DNA of 64,000 bases from Heptranchias perlo (taxonomy: Eukaryota), in assembly GCF_035084215.1 (NCBI RefSeq), contig NC_090346.1, positions 41,478,001 to 41,542,000 of the forward strand, given 5' to 3'. Both the position numbers and the translations under genes were made by a program. Positions 26,014 to 39,280 of this stretch are shown here, piece by piece (within the stretch, counting starts at the first letter, position 1; each line of letters opens with the position of its first letter). The notes below the pieces were generated by a model. That model was not told the DNA's origin. It searched no databases and saw only the letters and a program-made list of their open reading frames with translations.

Positions 26014-27160
26014 TGATATCACTCAACCCAAGTTTTATCTTTATTGCATTGGTATCAGGCGTGATACACAGTGCAGCTCTGAGCTATAGTTCAGTGGGTA
26101 AGTGCACCAAGTAGCAACAATCTTAATGTGTTTGCACCATGTTATTGCATGATGCATTGGAATTATATTCAGAATGCCAGGGAGCAAATGATCTCACAAA
26201 TAACTGGAAGGCTAAAAGGGCCATTTCCTCCTTGTTTATGGAGGAGGCAAAAACAGAGGAGAAAATTGCACTGAGGCCATAGGGAACTCCTGTCGTGTCA
26301 GGAATCATTGATACAATAAGGGCAATTTTCAACCACCCCCTGGGCAGTAGCCTAGCAGAGTGGATTGCCCAACTATTGTAGAAACCAGCCGATTTTCATC
26401 CCATTGAAATCATTTTTTGCATTCAAGCTCCAGTATCTTGTTTCTTTTAGACCCTTATAATTGTGTGACTTCAGTTTGCCAATATTCTAGTAATATGGAA
26501 TGATTGCAATAGGAAATTCAACGAGTATTAAAACTCATAATAAAAAAAAATAGCCCTTTGTTCTTTCGTTATAGGCAATTGAAATGTGTTAGAACTCAAA
26601 GGTGCACTTTCAATTGATAGAAATTTTTAACTAGACAAATATATTTATGGAAAAAATGATTGAAACTAATTTTCAAATGCCTAAATTTGATCTTGTTTTA
26701 GTACATTGTACTTAGAATACATTTTTATTGTTTTTGCTTTACTTTTGAGGTTAGCTAAGGATCAGATATAAATAGCCATCAACCATTTATGACACTAGTC
26801 CTTTTTAAGGCACTGAGGACAAACCACAGAGTCCACTCACCCAAGAGACATTTTATACTAATAATCATTGTCAACAAGTACTTAGTCCCAATTATTTAGG
26901 AAAATGTTTAAAAATGGAAATAAGGAGCCCATTAAAAAAGTTAAAATAGCATTTTGTTTACTACAGTGAGAATGATTTGTAAAAGAATATTGATAACCTA
27001 CTGCCATTGAGTCAGCTACCTTCTTAAAGTAATGACTGAAGTATGTGTACATCTTCTAACTACAGACACTGAAATGGAACTTTATAGAGTGTCATATTTA
27101 CTCATGTTTTATCTTGATAGTTTGAGTTATTCACTTCTTGATCTTCATTGTTTATGCTAG

Positions 27161-27338
27161 GTTCATTCTAAAGGGCTGAAGCTAGGAATTTATGGGGACC
27201 TGGGCAATTCAACCTGTGGTGGGTATCTTGGCACCACACTGGAGACAGTTGACACTGATGCCAAGACATTTGCAGAATGGGAAATAGACATGCTGAAGTT
27301 TGATGGCTGCAATTCCAACTCCAGTGAAAAAGCAATAG
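27161..27338 (+). CDS. NAGA: NAGA-like coding exon 3 (catalytic nucleophile Asp in KFDGC)
   Basis: [26 protein letters not shown]...[10 protein letters not shown]; 178 nt; phases match. Confidence 0.95.
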
Positions 27339-27744
27339 GTACCTCCCTAATACCATGTAATAATAATGCGGCATTTAATTTATCTTGATGAATAAATGGA
27401 AGATACTTGGTAAAAAGCTACTGAATACATAATTTATCCCCTGACAATGACAGAACAGAATAATACACAAGTCAATATAAACTGATAATATAAGTTTATA
27501 TTCAAAGATTTAGGGAAAATAACAATATTCTACTTATCCTATCAGTGTATTAATTATATAATGCAATATTCTATTTTATTATTGTATCAATTTTATTTTA
27601 GTTTGGAATATTGTAAATAAATTTGAATTTCTTCCCTTCAGAAGTCTGTCCACCATATTGAAAATCAAATTGGTAGGGATTAAAATGGCAGATTATCAGC
27701 AGGGTTCACCCAGTGATTCACTAGTTTAAAAATATAATTAACTC

Positions 27745-28250
27745 AGCGATACAGGCCAGGTAGATCCCAGGTCCAATTCCTGGTCTACAGTGAGTTAGCT
27801 AGTCTCAGATGGTGCAGCAATATGAGCACTAGAATTGTTCTCAGCACACCTGAGTTGAAATGAGGAGAAACCAATATACCCATTTTTGTTCTTGACCACT
27901 ATCCAGTGACCTCTGCTAGAAGTGTGAATGTTGGGAGAAGACAGAATTGGGTCTGCTGTTAATTGTACCCATATGATTTATAGCAATTAGTGTTAATTGT
28001 ATTCAGGTGGTATGTATCAATTCAGAACTCTCATATCCATTTATAAGAGAGTTGATCTCGGGTCTGGGGTGGTAATGTGGATCTCTGTGAATAAAGGTTT
28101 GAAGCAACTGAAGACTAGGCTTCAATATTCTATCCTTCACCACCTGGCTATCCAGTTTATAACATCTGGCTGTCATACACTTACTAATGAATAATTGTCA
28201 CTTGGACAAGGTGACTGGCTCTTCTGGAGCTGTACTATGAAAAGGAAAAA
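27745..28250 (+). mobile_element. Old SINE family copy (unnamed)
   Basis: CCCAGGTCCAATTCCTGGTCTACAGTGAGTTAGCT...CTATCCAGTGACCTCTGCTAG is shared with 57870-58180. Confidence 0.5.
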
Positions 28251-29072
28251 ATGTCTTAAGGAGAGAAAATTGCTAGAAGAAAGGATTTTTTTGTTTTAAG
28301 ACATTTTGAAAAATAAAAATGTGTTAAGTGACTGAGAATCCCTTCTCCATGTATATATGCATTATGATGAGAATTACTTCTCTCTCCAACTATTGCTACC
28401 AATCACCCTATTAATGTTCTCTATGTTTGTAATATTGTACTTACAGCCTACGTATGGAACTGAAGCTGTAAAAGTGGCTTTCTATTTCCTGCACAGTATC
28501 TGGTTGAGTTGGCAAGATCTTTGCACTTAATTGGCTTTGTTATGGAGTTGTTAAAAATTCACACCAGTTCTGAGATTCACCACTAATAGGTGTAGCAAGT
28601 CACTTCATCACTCCTGCATTATCAAGTCTTCTTCACATGAAGTACATGAGGGTATTTATGCTTCCTTCATGTATCCTCTACCTGCTCCCTTGGTTTGAAT
28701 CTGTATGTTGTAGCTTGAAGATTTTGGGAAAACCATGATGTCCCTGACAAATGAATAACTTCTTTACCGTCAAATTTTGTTAACTACTCAGGGATATTTA
28801 CTTAATAAGAATTTCAACAAATGGAAGATTCATCTTTTGGTGGCAAGTCTGAACTAAGTTCTTACCACAAACTTTTAGGGCATAGAGGAGAACTTCCCTG
28901 TGCTTAATTTGGCCTGGGAAAACTATTAACTAAGTGTAAAATTAATTTAGTTTCCAGGAAAAAAAATCAATGAAGATTGAGAGTACATTCCATGCACACC
29001 CCAAGTTCACACTTTCTATTAAAGTGAGAAAAATCTGACTTTGATGAGAAACTGACTTTGTTAGGACATGGA

Positions 29073-29161
29073 GGGGGTGAAATTGACCTTAGGCGGTAGT
29101 GCAAAACAAGCAATAACGAATCGGCTGATTTTCTTTGCCATGCAAGACCAATTTCACCCCC
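29073..29161. mobile_element. 89-bp mini-MITE
   Basis: Perfect 13-bp TIR GGGGGTGAAATTG / CAATTTCACCCCC. Confidence 0.65.
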
Positions 29162-29347
29162 AAACTGTTTGATGAAGATTATTGAATTGTATTGTCTATT
29201 ACACAACAGTAACATTTTCATAAAACTCTTTTAATGCTTACATGTATTGTATTATGCTACCTAATGCTCCATATCTGAAACACTGTAGCACTTTGGTTGC
29301 TACTGTTTCATTTTTGCCAGTCCTAATGTCAGTATTCTATTCCCTAG

Positions 29348-29442
29348 GTTATCCAAAGATGAGCCATGCTCTCAATGCCACAGGAAGGCCAATCGTGTAT
29401 TCTTGTAGCTGGCCAGCATATGAAGATGGTCTACCACCAAAG
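29348..29442 (+). CDS. NAGA: NAGA-like coding exon 4 (specificity loop SCSWPAY)
   Basis: [31 protein letters not shown]; 95 nt. Confidence 0.95.
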
Positions 29443-30059
29443 GTGGGAGAAAGGAACCTTTTATTTCCCTCTCTTAACATTTTAACAATATTATGAATCT
29501 GTTATGGATTAGTGACCATGTACTGATATGGCTCAGTGCTGTCAATCTGCTCCCGTGTTCGTTTTGCCAGTAGATTATCAAATCCACAAGGCAGCAGAGG
29601 TATTTAGATTTATGGAGGATTCTATTGCTCTCCTTTCAGGCCTGGAAGGAAGGTTTTTTTATAAAATAAGAATAGTTACAAATAAACCAAGGAAGTGTAG
29701 CTGCCCTCAGAGATCGATCACTTTCACATCAATGAGAAGCAGTTTCAGATGAACAGACATAAAAGTGATAGTTCTGACTCTCGAGCACACTAAAGTCAAA
29801 CCACTTGGGCCTCTGTATAATAAGCCATGTTTAAAAACTCCCAGGTGGTCCACTGGTCCAACCTCGACCTTTTGCAAGCTTCATTTTCAATATCTTAACC
29901 TAACATTAGAATTTAACTTCTTCACATTGCTATCCTTCTCTCCCATTCTTCAAAAATCTCCACAAAACTCCTCTCTTTGAGCCTTCAGTCACCTCGTCTC
30001 TTCTACTTACTGCACAGTCCTAGGCTCTCCCAACAAAACACCGTGAGGTATTTCATTAT

Positions 30060-30832
30060 GGGCCAGAAATTACTCACCTGAGGACGCCACTCAATAATGG
30101 CGTCCTCTCCAACCACTGGCGAATCCATTGTGCAAGTTCGCAAATGTGCACGCGCAGTAAAAGCCTGAAATCGCAAAACTGCTCCCATTAATTCACCGGT
30201 GGATAGACAGTTACGAATTAAAGGGCCACCCTATGCTACAGTCAATAAAATCAGGAAACATTCGTAAACTTACTCATCTGCCCAGCTGGAATGAAGATAC
30301 TTACGCCACCAAAAGGTACGCTGGAAAATACCAACCCTACACTGCTTTTTAAAAGAACGGTGAATGTTAATGACTGCGAAACAGCAAAAAATTAAATTTT
30401 AAAAATGTGGAATGTCAAATTACTCTTATTTTAATATTTTTTGATCATTAAAAAAAATAAAAAATAAAAAATTAATTTTTAAAAAAACTTCTGTAAGTTT
30501 CATTAACTTAAATCATTTGCTTGGCTTTTTATAGTAAGGTATGTTAAATTTTTATTTACACTAACATAGACAAGTTCACTTTAAATGAATGAGTTTCACT
30601 TGCCTGCTTGTGGGCGGGACTTCTCTTCTTGACAGATTCTGTGGGCGTGGCTGCCATTCCCACAGAGTCTATTGGTGCAAAGGAAGGTGCGCTGATATCA
30701 CAGCACTGAACTGAGAAAAAACTTTAAATGGAGCAAGTGGACGTCAGAGACCTCGAGGTAAGTATTTTCGTTGTCTTTGTCCACAGGATGTGCGGACAGC
30801 CTTGCCATGCCAGTCAGAGCAAATTCCGGCCC
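30060..30832. mobile_element. Harbinger-like MITE with 3-bp TSD (TAT)
   Basis: TIRs GGGCCAGAAATTACTC / GAGCAAATTCCGGCCC (13/16); TAT on both flanks; internal similarity to 56667-57408. Confidence 0.75.
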
Positions 30833-30944
30833 TATGTATAACATCCTCTGTGAATGTAAAGAGTTTTGTGTTGTAGTTAACACATCACAATTCCAGGGTC
30901 AAGCCTGCTTACTGACTTTATGACAGAAAACTAAAGCTACGTAT

Positions 30945-31456
30945 CACTTGAGCTCATCCAAAACTCTGCTGCCCTAACTCGCACAAAATCCCATTCACCC
31001 ATCGCCCTTGTGCTCGCTGACCTACATTGGTACCCGATCCGGCAATGCCTCGATTTAAAAATTCTCATCCTTGTTTTCAAATCCCTCCACGGCCTCGTTC
31101 CTCTCAATCTCTGTAACCTCCTCCAGCCTTACAACCCTCCGAGATCTCTGCGCTCCTCCAATTCTGGCCTCTTGCGTATCCCCGATTTTCTTCACACCGC
31201 CATTGGCGGCCGTGTCTTCAGCTGCCTAGGCCTAAGCTTTGGAATTCCCTATCTAAACCCCTCTGTCTCTCTCCCTCTCACTTCTGCTTTAAGATGCTCC
31301 TTAAAACCTACCTCATTAACTAAGCTCTCGGTCACCTGTCCTAATATCTCTTTATATGGCTCAGTGTCAAATTTTGTTTGCTAATCGCTCCTATGAAGTG
31401 CCTTGGGATGTTTTACTACGTTAAAGATGCTATATAAATGCAAGTTGTTGTTGTTG
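30945..31456 (+). mobile_element. L2 LINE 3' end
   Basis: LADLHWYPIRQCLDLKILILVFKSLHGL; tail GCTATATAAATGCAAGTTGTTGTTGTTG. Confidence 0.9.
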
Positions 31457-31534
31457 TAGGGCAAGTGCTGTATTACTTTGCTAAGCTACCCATCATTGTA
31501 CTATACATTTTCTTTCCCTTCCACATTCCTTTAG

Positions 31535-31696
31535 GTGAATTACTCACAAGTTGCTGAACTCTGTAATCTTTGGAGAAATTATGATGATATTGATGACTCC
31601 TGGAAAGCTGTGCTAGGAATTATAGATTGGTTTGGAGACAACCAGAAAGTGTTGCAGACGGCTGCAGGTCCAGGAGGATGGAACGATCCAGATATG
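31535..31696 (+). CDS. NAGA: NAGA-like coding exon 5 (acid/base Asp in RNYDDI)
   Basis: [23 protein letters not shown]...[11 protein letters not shown]; 162 nt. Confidence 0.95.
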
Positions 31697-32918
31697 GTAC
31701 ATTATATGTAGCTAGTGCACATTTTGCAACAGTTTGCATTTCGGTCAACTACAGGATCATGCCTCAAAGCACTTTGCACTGAGGAGGGGAAAGCACAGTG
31801 GACAACTGACAAGAGGGAAAATGGAGAGGATTTGGGTGAGATTCCGATTGTATAGTCAAAAGCAAATTATTATTATATTAGTATTATTAATGCAAACTAC
31901 TTTGGTACAATAGAAGTCATACATCCAGTGACAGGTATGAAACATTTGTTTAATAACTGGTGTTCCTTGTTGAGTCAGAGGTATACTATTTTATAATAGT
32001 GTTACACATAATTCATTATCAGGGCTACTTTTATACAGTGTCTAAATAAGCCAAATTTGTTTTTATTACTTGGTATTTTATTACTTGATTTTTTTCCCCA
32101 ATGCTTTGGGGATAGAATTCCATGACTGTCCATTATTTTGTGAAAAAGGTAAAAGCCTATACTTTACAAAGCAAATCAAGCTGAGAGGCAGAGATTAAGT
32201 TAAAAACTTTTATTTAAAAGTTTAGTTAAAAATGTACTCAAATTCACCAACCGGTTTGTATTCAAATAATTTTCAAAAACACAAAAAATGAAATACTGCT
32301 TTGCACAGAAACAAAGGAATGGATTTTGACTCGAAACGGGTTTTCACGCTCTGGTGAACTAATTTCCTGGCCGCCAGAGGCAGCAGAAGGCCATGTGATT
32401 TTAACTGCTGGGCCTTATTTAAATACCACTGGACCACTTCTTGCCTAGAAGGAGTGGGAAGAGGACGTAAAGCAGCTGCTGGCAGGGGGAGATCGGGCAG
32501 CTGAGGGCCACCCGCCAGCTTCCAGGTAAGTGGCAAGGAGGGGTTTTGGGAGGTTCTCGTGGGATGGAAGGGGAGTGTCCGGGGGAGGGGAGGTCACACC
32601 ATTCTTGGTGGGACCTGGAGGAGCACTTCTGCTCTCCCTGGCCCCACAAAGGAAATGTTTTGACTGACCTGGAGGGCCTCATTGCCATCCCCACCAGCTG
32701 CCGCCCTGCTTCAGCCTGGCGAGAATGCTTCCTCGCTCAGGCCCCGGTTAAAATATGTAATAGAACTCTGATTTGTATCAATTCATGAGGTTCCCACCTG
32801 CTTAAGGCGGGCGCCTCATCTGCCTACAGAGCTTTGCAGGTTAATATTGGAGACGGTGGGAAAGTGGTGAGTTCCCAGCAGCTAAGTAAGCTGCTCGTTT
32901 TCAACTGCTACGCTTCCG

Positions 32919-34628
32919 TAGAAACAGAAAATAGGAGCAAGAGTAGGTCGTTCGGCCCTTCGGGCCTGCTCCACCATTCAAAATGATCATGGCTGATCAT
33001 CTAACTCAGTACCCTGTTCTCGCTTTTTCTCCATATCCCTTGATCCCTTTAGCATTAAGAAATATATCTATCTCTTTCTTGAATACATCTAATGACTTGG
33101 CCTCCACTGCCTTCTGTGGTAGAGAATTCCACAGGTTCACCACCCTCTGAGTGAAGAAATTTCTTCTCATCTCGGTTCTAAATGGCATACCCCGTATCCT
33201 GAGACTGTGATCCCTGGTTCTGGACTCCCCAGCCATCGGGAACATCCTCCCTGCATCTAGTCTGTCTAGTCTTGTTAGAATTTTATATGTTTCGATGAGA
33301 TCACCTCTCATTCTTCTAAACTCTAATGAATATAGGCCTAGTCAACCTAATCTCTCCTCATACGTCAGTCCTGCCATCCCAGGAATCAGTCTGGTAAACG
33401 TTTGTTGCACTCCTTCCATGGCAAGGACATCCTTCCTCAGATAAGGAGACCAAAACTGCACATAATACTCCAGATATGGTCTTACCAAGGCCCTGTACAA
33501 CTGCAGTAAGACATCTCTGCTCCTGTACTCAAATCCTCTTGCAATGAAGGCCAACATACCATTCGCCTTCCTAACTGCATGCTGTACCTGAATGCTCGCT
33601 TTCAGCGACTGGTGTACAAGGACACCCAGGTCTCGTTGCACCTCCCCTTTTCCCAATCTATCACCATTCAGATAATAATCTGCCTTTCTGTTTTTTCAGC
33701 AAAGTGGATAACCTCACATTTATCCACGTTATACTGCATCTGCCATGTTCTTGCCCACTCACCCAACTTGTCTAAATCACATTGGAGCCTCTTTGCATCC
33801 TCCTCACAGCTCACATTCCACCCCCGCTTTGTGTCATCTGCAAACTTGGAAATGTTACATTCCGTTCCCTCATCCAAATCATTGATATATATTGTGAATA
33901 GCTGGGGCCCAAGCACTGATCCCTGCGGTACCCCACTAGTCACTGCCTGCCAACCAGAAAAAGACCCGTTTATTCCTACTCTCTGTTTCCTGTCTGTCAA
34001 CCAATTCTCAATCCATGCCAGTATATTCCCCCCAATCCCATGTGCTTTAATTTTGCACACTAACCTCTTGTGTGGGACCTTATCAAAAGCCTTCTGAAAA
34101 TCCAAATTCACCACATCCACTGGTTCTCCCCTATCTATTCTACTAATTACATCCTCAAAAAACTCCAGTAGATTTGTTAAGCATGATTTCCCTTTCATAA
34201 ACCCATGCTGACTTTGTCCAATTCCATTAATGCCCTCCAAGTATTCTGTTATCACATCTTTTATAATAGACTCTAGCATTTTCCCCACTACTGATCTGTA
34301 ATTCCCTGTTTTTTCTCTCCCTCCTTTTTTAAATAGTGGAGTTACATTTGCCACCCTCCAATCTGTAGGAACTGTTCCAGAGTCTATAGAATTTTGGAAG
34401 ATGATCACCAATGCATCCACTATTTCCAGGGCTACTTCCTTTAGTACTCTGGGATGTAGATTATCAGGCCCTGGGGATTTGTCAGCCTTTAGCCCCATTA
34501 ATTTCTCTAGCACTATTTTTTTTATTATTACTGGTTTCCTTCAGTTCCTCCCTCTCACTACACCCTTGGTTCCCTAACATTTCTGGGAGGTTATTTGTGT
34601 CCTCCTTTGTGAAGACAGAACCAAAGTA
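32919..34628 (-). mobile_element. CR1 LINE, 5'-truncated ORF2 with 3' UTR
   Basis: RT motifs LDFQKAFDKV, GVPQGSVLGP and FADDTK; CR1 3' UTR at 32919-33005. Confidence 0.97.
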
Positions 34629-36272
34629 TATCGTTCCAGTTTCCATCAAGCGGTAGTGAACAAATAATGACTACTGGCCGGCTATTTGTTTGGAGAGGGC
34701 ATTACAGCTGAGCCTGATTAACGAGGAGCACAGGCGACTGATTGAATCTGGGGCTTTCTTGGTCTGTATGACTTTACCACCACATAAGCTAACCTAGCAA
34801 ACTAGCAAAAGCTGAATAACAGTCAAAAAGCCCCAAAAATCTGACAGTTCAGAAGCGACCCCGAATTAAAGCCGATAACATGTAACTCTATGTAATGACA
34901 TGTGAAAGCAAACAATTATACTTAAAGTGCAATAGGACATAGCATTATAACTTAAGCTGTGGGTATACCCAACGTTCTTTAACTTTAAATGCACGAAAGC
35001 TCAAAAGGGGATAAAAATGCTAAGGCCACAAGATTTCATTTTGGGGTGTAGGGAAATGTTTCTTTAGAAAATTTTGATTTTTGACACTTTGGTGCATTTT
35101 TCATTATTTTAGAATCCACAATGAACATTGCCATGGAAATATTTTCTCATCTAAAGAAGGAATTTTGCTCAATTTTATTGAGATCTACTCTTGAGTTGCC
35201 AGTTTTGGGAATGGATTATTTTTCTTTGTATTTTAAAACTTATTTCTCTCCGGAACATCAGAAGATCTATCACCGGAAGAAGAAAAAAATAAGTTCATTT
35301 TCTTTTTTTAAAAATTGCCTGATAGGAAAGAGATGATTCAAACCCCATGTCATTGCCCATAGCATCATTCCAGGTGGGGCTATAGGCAACAAATTTAGAA
35401 TTATTACTTTTCTTCCAAATATTGTCTCTCTGCCCAAATGGTAGTGTAGTTCTAGAAAGCTCCAAGCATCAACTCGCCTGGAACATTTTGAATTTTTGCA
35501 TTACAAAATGGAACATTCTGGTTAATTTTAAACTGTTTATTTTTCACAATTGATGGATTTTTAATCTTCAAAAAAAGGAAAAGCAAACCAGACGGACAGT
35601 TTCTCACCCCCCACCCCAAAGTGCTACTCTCAGCATCTCCCGCCTCTCTTCCCCCAACAACCTAACCCCCCTCCCAAATGCGGGTACCTGGCTTTTCCTC
35701 TTTCTCTCACCCTCACCTCAACAAAAGCACTGCTTTTGACATCACCCCCCCCCCCCCCAGTTCTCCAAGGCGATACTCCCAGCTTCTTCCCCGACCCCTA
35801 ACCCTCCCCTAAAATTGTTGCCCTGGGCTTCTGGTCCATCTCCCTCTGAAATACTGCTCCTGGTTTCTCCGCCAAGTGCCTGAATTTGCACCAGCAATGT
35901 ACAGCGCCATCAATCACAGCAGGAGCACCATCAGGTAGGAACTGGGGAGCGGCACTCGAGGAAGGGATCTTATCCATGCTGATTTTGGCTGATAAATATG
36001 AACAGGACCTTCAGAATGCTGATTGTCCATATAAAGTGTGGTTAGTCGGCATGTACACATCACATTAAGTGGTGCATTTACCGGCTGAGGCAGCGAGGAA
36101 ACGCCTTTTGCCTCTTTATTATTAATTATTATAAATTATTAACCCATGATATCACACAAGGCCTCTCACACTTTGAGAAAAAAAATACTTCCATGTGAAT
36201 TCAAAAAATAAGACTCAGGGCCGGAATCTCAAAAATATCTAATTGGTCTCTTCCACTGTTTGTTGTTTTCAG

Positions 36273-36470
36273 CTGATTGTTGGTGACTTCGGCCTGAACT
36301 ATGACCAGTGCAAGGTACAGCTGGCTCTCTGGGCAATGCTGGCAGCTCCTTTCTTTATGTCCAACGATCTACGGACAATCTCTGATGATGCCAAGACTCT
36401 TCTGCAGAACAAGTTGCTTATTCATATAGACCAGGACCATCTAGGGCTGCAAGGCGTAAGGATTGAGAAG
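36273..36470 (+). CDS. NAGA: NAGA-like coding exon 6
   Basis: LIVGDFGL...WAMLAAPFFMSNDLR...IDQDHLGLQG; 198 nt. Confidence 0.95.
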
Positions 36471-37370
36471 GTAGCCATAGTTCAGTTTTAATATACATGT
36501 TGAATATAAGATGTGGGAAGGGGGGGTTTAAAATTAAAAATACTCTTGTTTTGAGGTACCTCAAAAAATATAAATAGTTAACTGTCATTTTTTAGTATTT
36601 TTCTAGTGGCTTAAGACCTTTCCTCCCTTAGCTTTTTATATATTACAGTTACATTCAAATAATGATAGTGGCAGTGGGATTGGAGAACTAAGATTTATTT
36701 GAAAAGTTTAAGGCCCTGACAATAAATTGTACTTAAACAATTGCATTGGCCTATGAACGAGGCTTGGACCAATGGAAATGGTGTGAAACTCAAATTCTGC
36801 CACTAGTGGTCACTACTATGCTCCAATAGCTCATCAGTAATACCTCTTCATAGAAAATCAGCAGTGCTAAGCAGGTCTTAATATTTTTATGATAGCTCCA
36901 TTTAAATGAACATGCCAGTGTTCCTTAACCTGTCAACTGATAGTATTTCAGCTGACAACTCAGAATTTGCCACTAAATTATTCCATTTATATATGTCAAC
37001 TAGTTTGTTGCCTTTGGCTGCTTTATTTGTTAATTTTTGTCTCTTTTGGTGCCCCATCCCTTGCTGTGAAAGTTGGCAGACAAACTGATCTCAGCGGCCT
37101 TGCTGCCAGGAAGTGTGGAAGGAGAACCATCCTACTGTTTCTCCCCCCACACCTTGTCAGAAAGTACCTACCTTCAACTTGATGTCTCCTCTGACAGGCC
37201 AAATGAGATCTGGAAACTGCCATCTAAGGACTGGGTGAAACAAACCAATTCCTTTCAGTCTATGGAACAGGACACTGATACGACTGTAATGTGGGCTTGT
37301 CTGTTTTTCTTACATTGTTTTAGCCCTATAAAAGTGAAGGTTGATTTGTGCTCTTTACTCTTGCTTGTAG

Positions 37371-37631
37371 GACAAAGATTTTCAAGTCTGGAAGCGGATC
37401 CTGACAGATGGACAATTTGCTGTAGCCTATCTCTACACAGCCACTTATGGGCTTGCTAGGTCTTTCACACTTAACCTGCCTCTACTATATATTGTGGATT
37501 GTAAGCTTGGTTACAACATTTATGATGTTTTTGACAAGAAGCTTGTTGGGTTTTTTACTTCAAATGAGACTTACAGTTTTAAAGTCAATCCAACAGGAGC
37601 TGTCCTTTTTTTTGTCCGACCTATTTGTTAA
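37371..37631 (+). CDS. NAGA: NAGA-like last coding exon (C-terminal beta-sandwich)
   Basis: Acceptor TTGTAG|GAC; DKDFQVWKRILTDGQFAVAYL...YNIYDVF...FKVNPTGAVLFFVRPIC*; total CDS 1236 nt = 411 aa. Not in the supplied ORF track. Confidence 0.88.
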   Translation, partial: DKDFQVWKRILTDGQFAVAYLYTATYGLARSFTLNLPLLYIVDCKLGYNIYDVFDKKLVGFFTSNETYSFKVNPTGAVLFFVRPIC

Positions 37632-38290
37632 CTGTCTTGATTTTAATATTTGTATATCTGATATAAACCTGAAGAAAAAAGGTGCTGCTTAGTTTAATGA
37701 AACTCTTAAATATGTAGCATGTTACAGCGGTGCTGTCTCTTAGTCTCATCTTTAATTACAATCATGTGATGATCATGACACAAATTGATGATAATGTAAA
37801 TGTCCATGTAGGTAATAATTCAACATTTCAGAACACGCCACTATTTAGCACATTTATACATCGAATCATAGAAAGGTTACAACATGGAAGGAGGCCATTC
37901 GGCCAGTCGAGTCCGTGCCGGCTCTATGCAAGAGCAATCCAGCTAATTCCACTCCCCCACCCTATCCCCGTAGCCAGGCAAATTTTTTCCTTTCAAGCAC
38001 TTATACAGTTCCCTTTTGAAAGCCATGATTGAATCTGCCTCCGCTACCCCCTCTGGCAGTGCATTCCAGATCCTAACCACTCGCTGTATGAAAAACTTTT
38101 TCCTCATGTCACCTTTGGTTGTTTTGTCAATCACCTTAAATCTATGTCCTCTGGTTCTTGACTCTTCCACCAATGGGAACAGTTTCTCTCTATCTACTTT
38201 GTCTAGACCCTTCATGATTTTGAACACCTCTATCAACTCTCCTCTCAACCTCCTCTGTTCCAAGGAGAACAACCCCAGCTTCTCCAGTCT

Positions 38291-39082
38291 TTTTTTTTAT
38301 TCGTTCATGGGATGTGGGCCTCACTGGCAAGGCCAGCATTTATTGCCCATCCCTAATTGCCCTTGAGAAGGTGGTGGTGAGCCACCTTCTTGAACCGCTG
38401 CAGTCTGTATGGTGAAGGTTCTCCCACAGTGCTGTTAGGAAGGGAGTTCCAGGATTTTGACCCAGCGACGATGAAGGAATGGCGATATATTTCCAAGTCA
38501 GGATGGTGTGTGACTTGGAGGGGAATGTGCAGGTGGTGTTGTTCCCATGTGCCTACTGCCCTTGTCCTTCTAGGTGGTAGAGGTCGCGGGTTTGGGAGGT
38601 GCTGTCAAAGAAGCCTTGGCGAGTTGCTGCAGTGCATCCTGTGGATGGTGCACACTGCAGCCACAGTGCACTGGTGGTGAAGGGAGTGAATGTTTAGGGT
38701 GGTGGATGGGGTGCCAATCAAGTGGGCAGCTTTGTCCTGGATGGTGTTGAGCTTCTTGAGTGTTGTTGGAGCTGCACTCATCCAGGCAAGTGGAGAGTAT
38801 TCCATCACACTCCTGACTTGTGCCTTCTAAATGGTGGAAAGGCTTTGGGGAGTCAGGAGGTGAGTCACTCGCCGCAGAATACCCAGCCTCTGGCCTGCTC
38901 TTGTAGCCACAGTATTTATATGGCTGGTCCAGTTAAGTTTCTGATCAATGGTGACCCCCAGGATGTTGATGGTGGGGGATTCGGCAATGGTAATGCCATT
39001 GAATGTCAAGGGGAGGAGGTTAGACTCTCTCTTGTTGGAGATAGTCATTACCTGGCACTCGTCTGGTGTGAATGTTACTTAT
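38291..39082 (-). mobile_element. Second non-LTR retrotransposon family (L2/CR1 group), 3' part
   Basis: ILGVTIDQKLNWTSHI and MEYSPLAWMSA peptides; A-rich tail at 38291-38300. Confidence 0.8.
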
Positions 39083-39280
39083 GTCTATGCACGTAATTGA
39101 AGTCCCTCATCCCTGGAATCATTCTAGTAAATCTCTTCTGCACCCTCTGTAAGGCCTCCACATCTTTGCTAAAGTGCAGTGCCCAGAACTGGACACAATA
39201 TTTCAGTTGTGGCCGCACCAGTGTTTTATAAAGGTTCATCATGACTTCCTTGCTTTTGTACTCTATGCCTCTATTTATAA

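Noticed and set aside
37500-37506. GTAAGC donor-like site inside the last NAGA-like exon
   Set aside because: Reading through gives the conserved YDVF...VNPTG C-terminus in frame, so no intron is needed.
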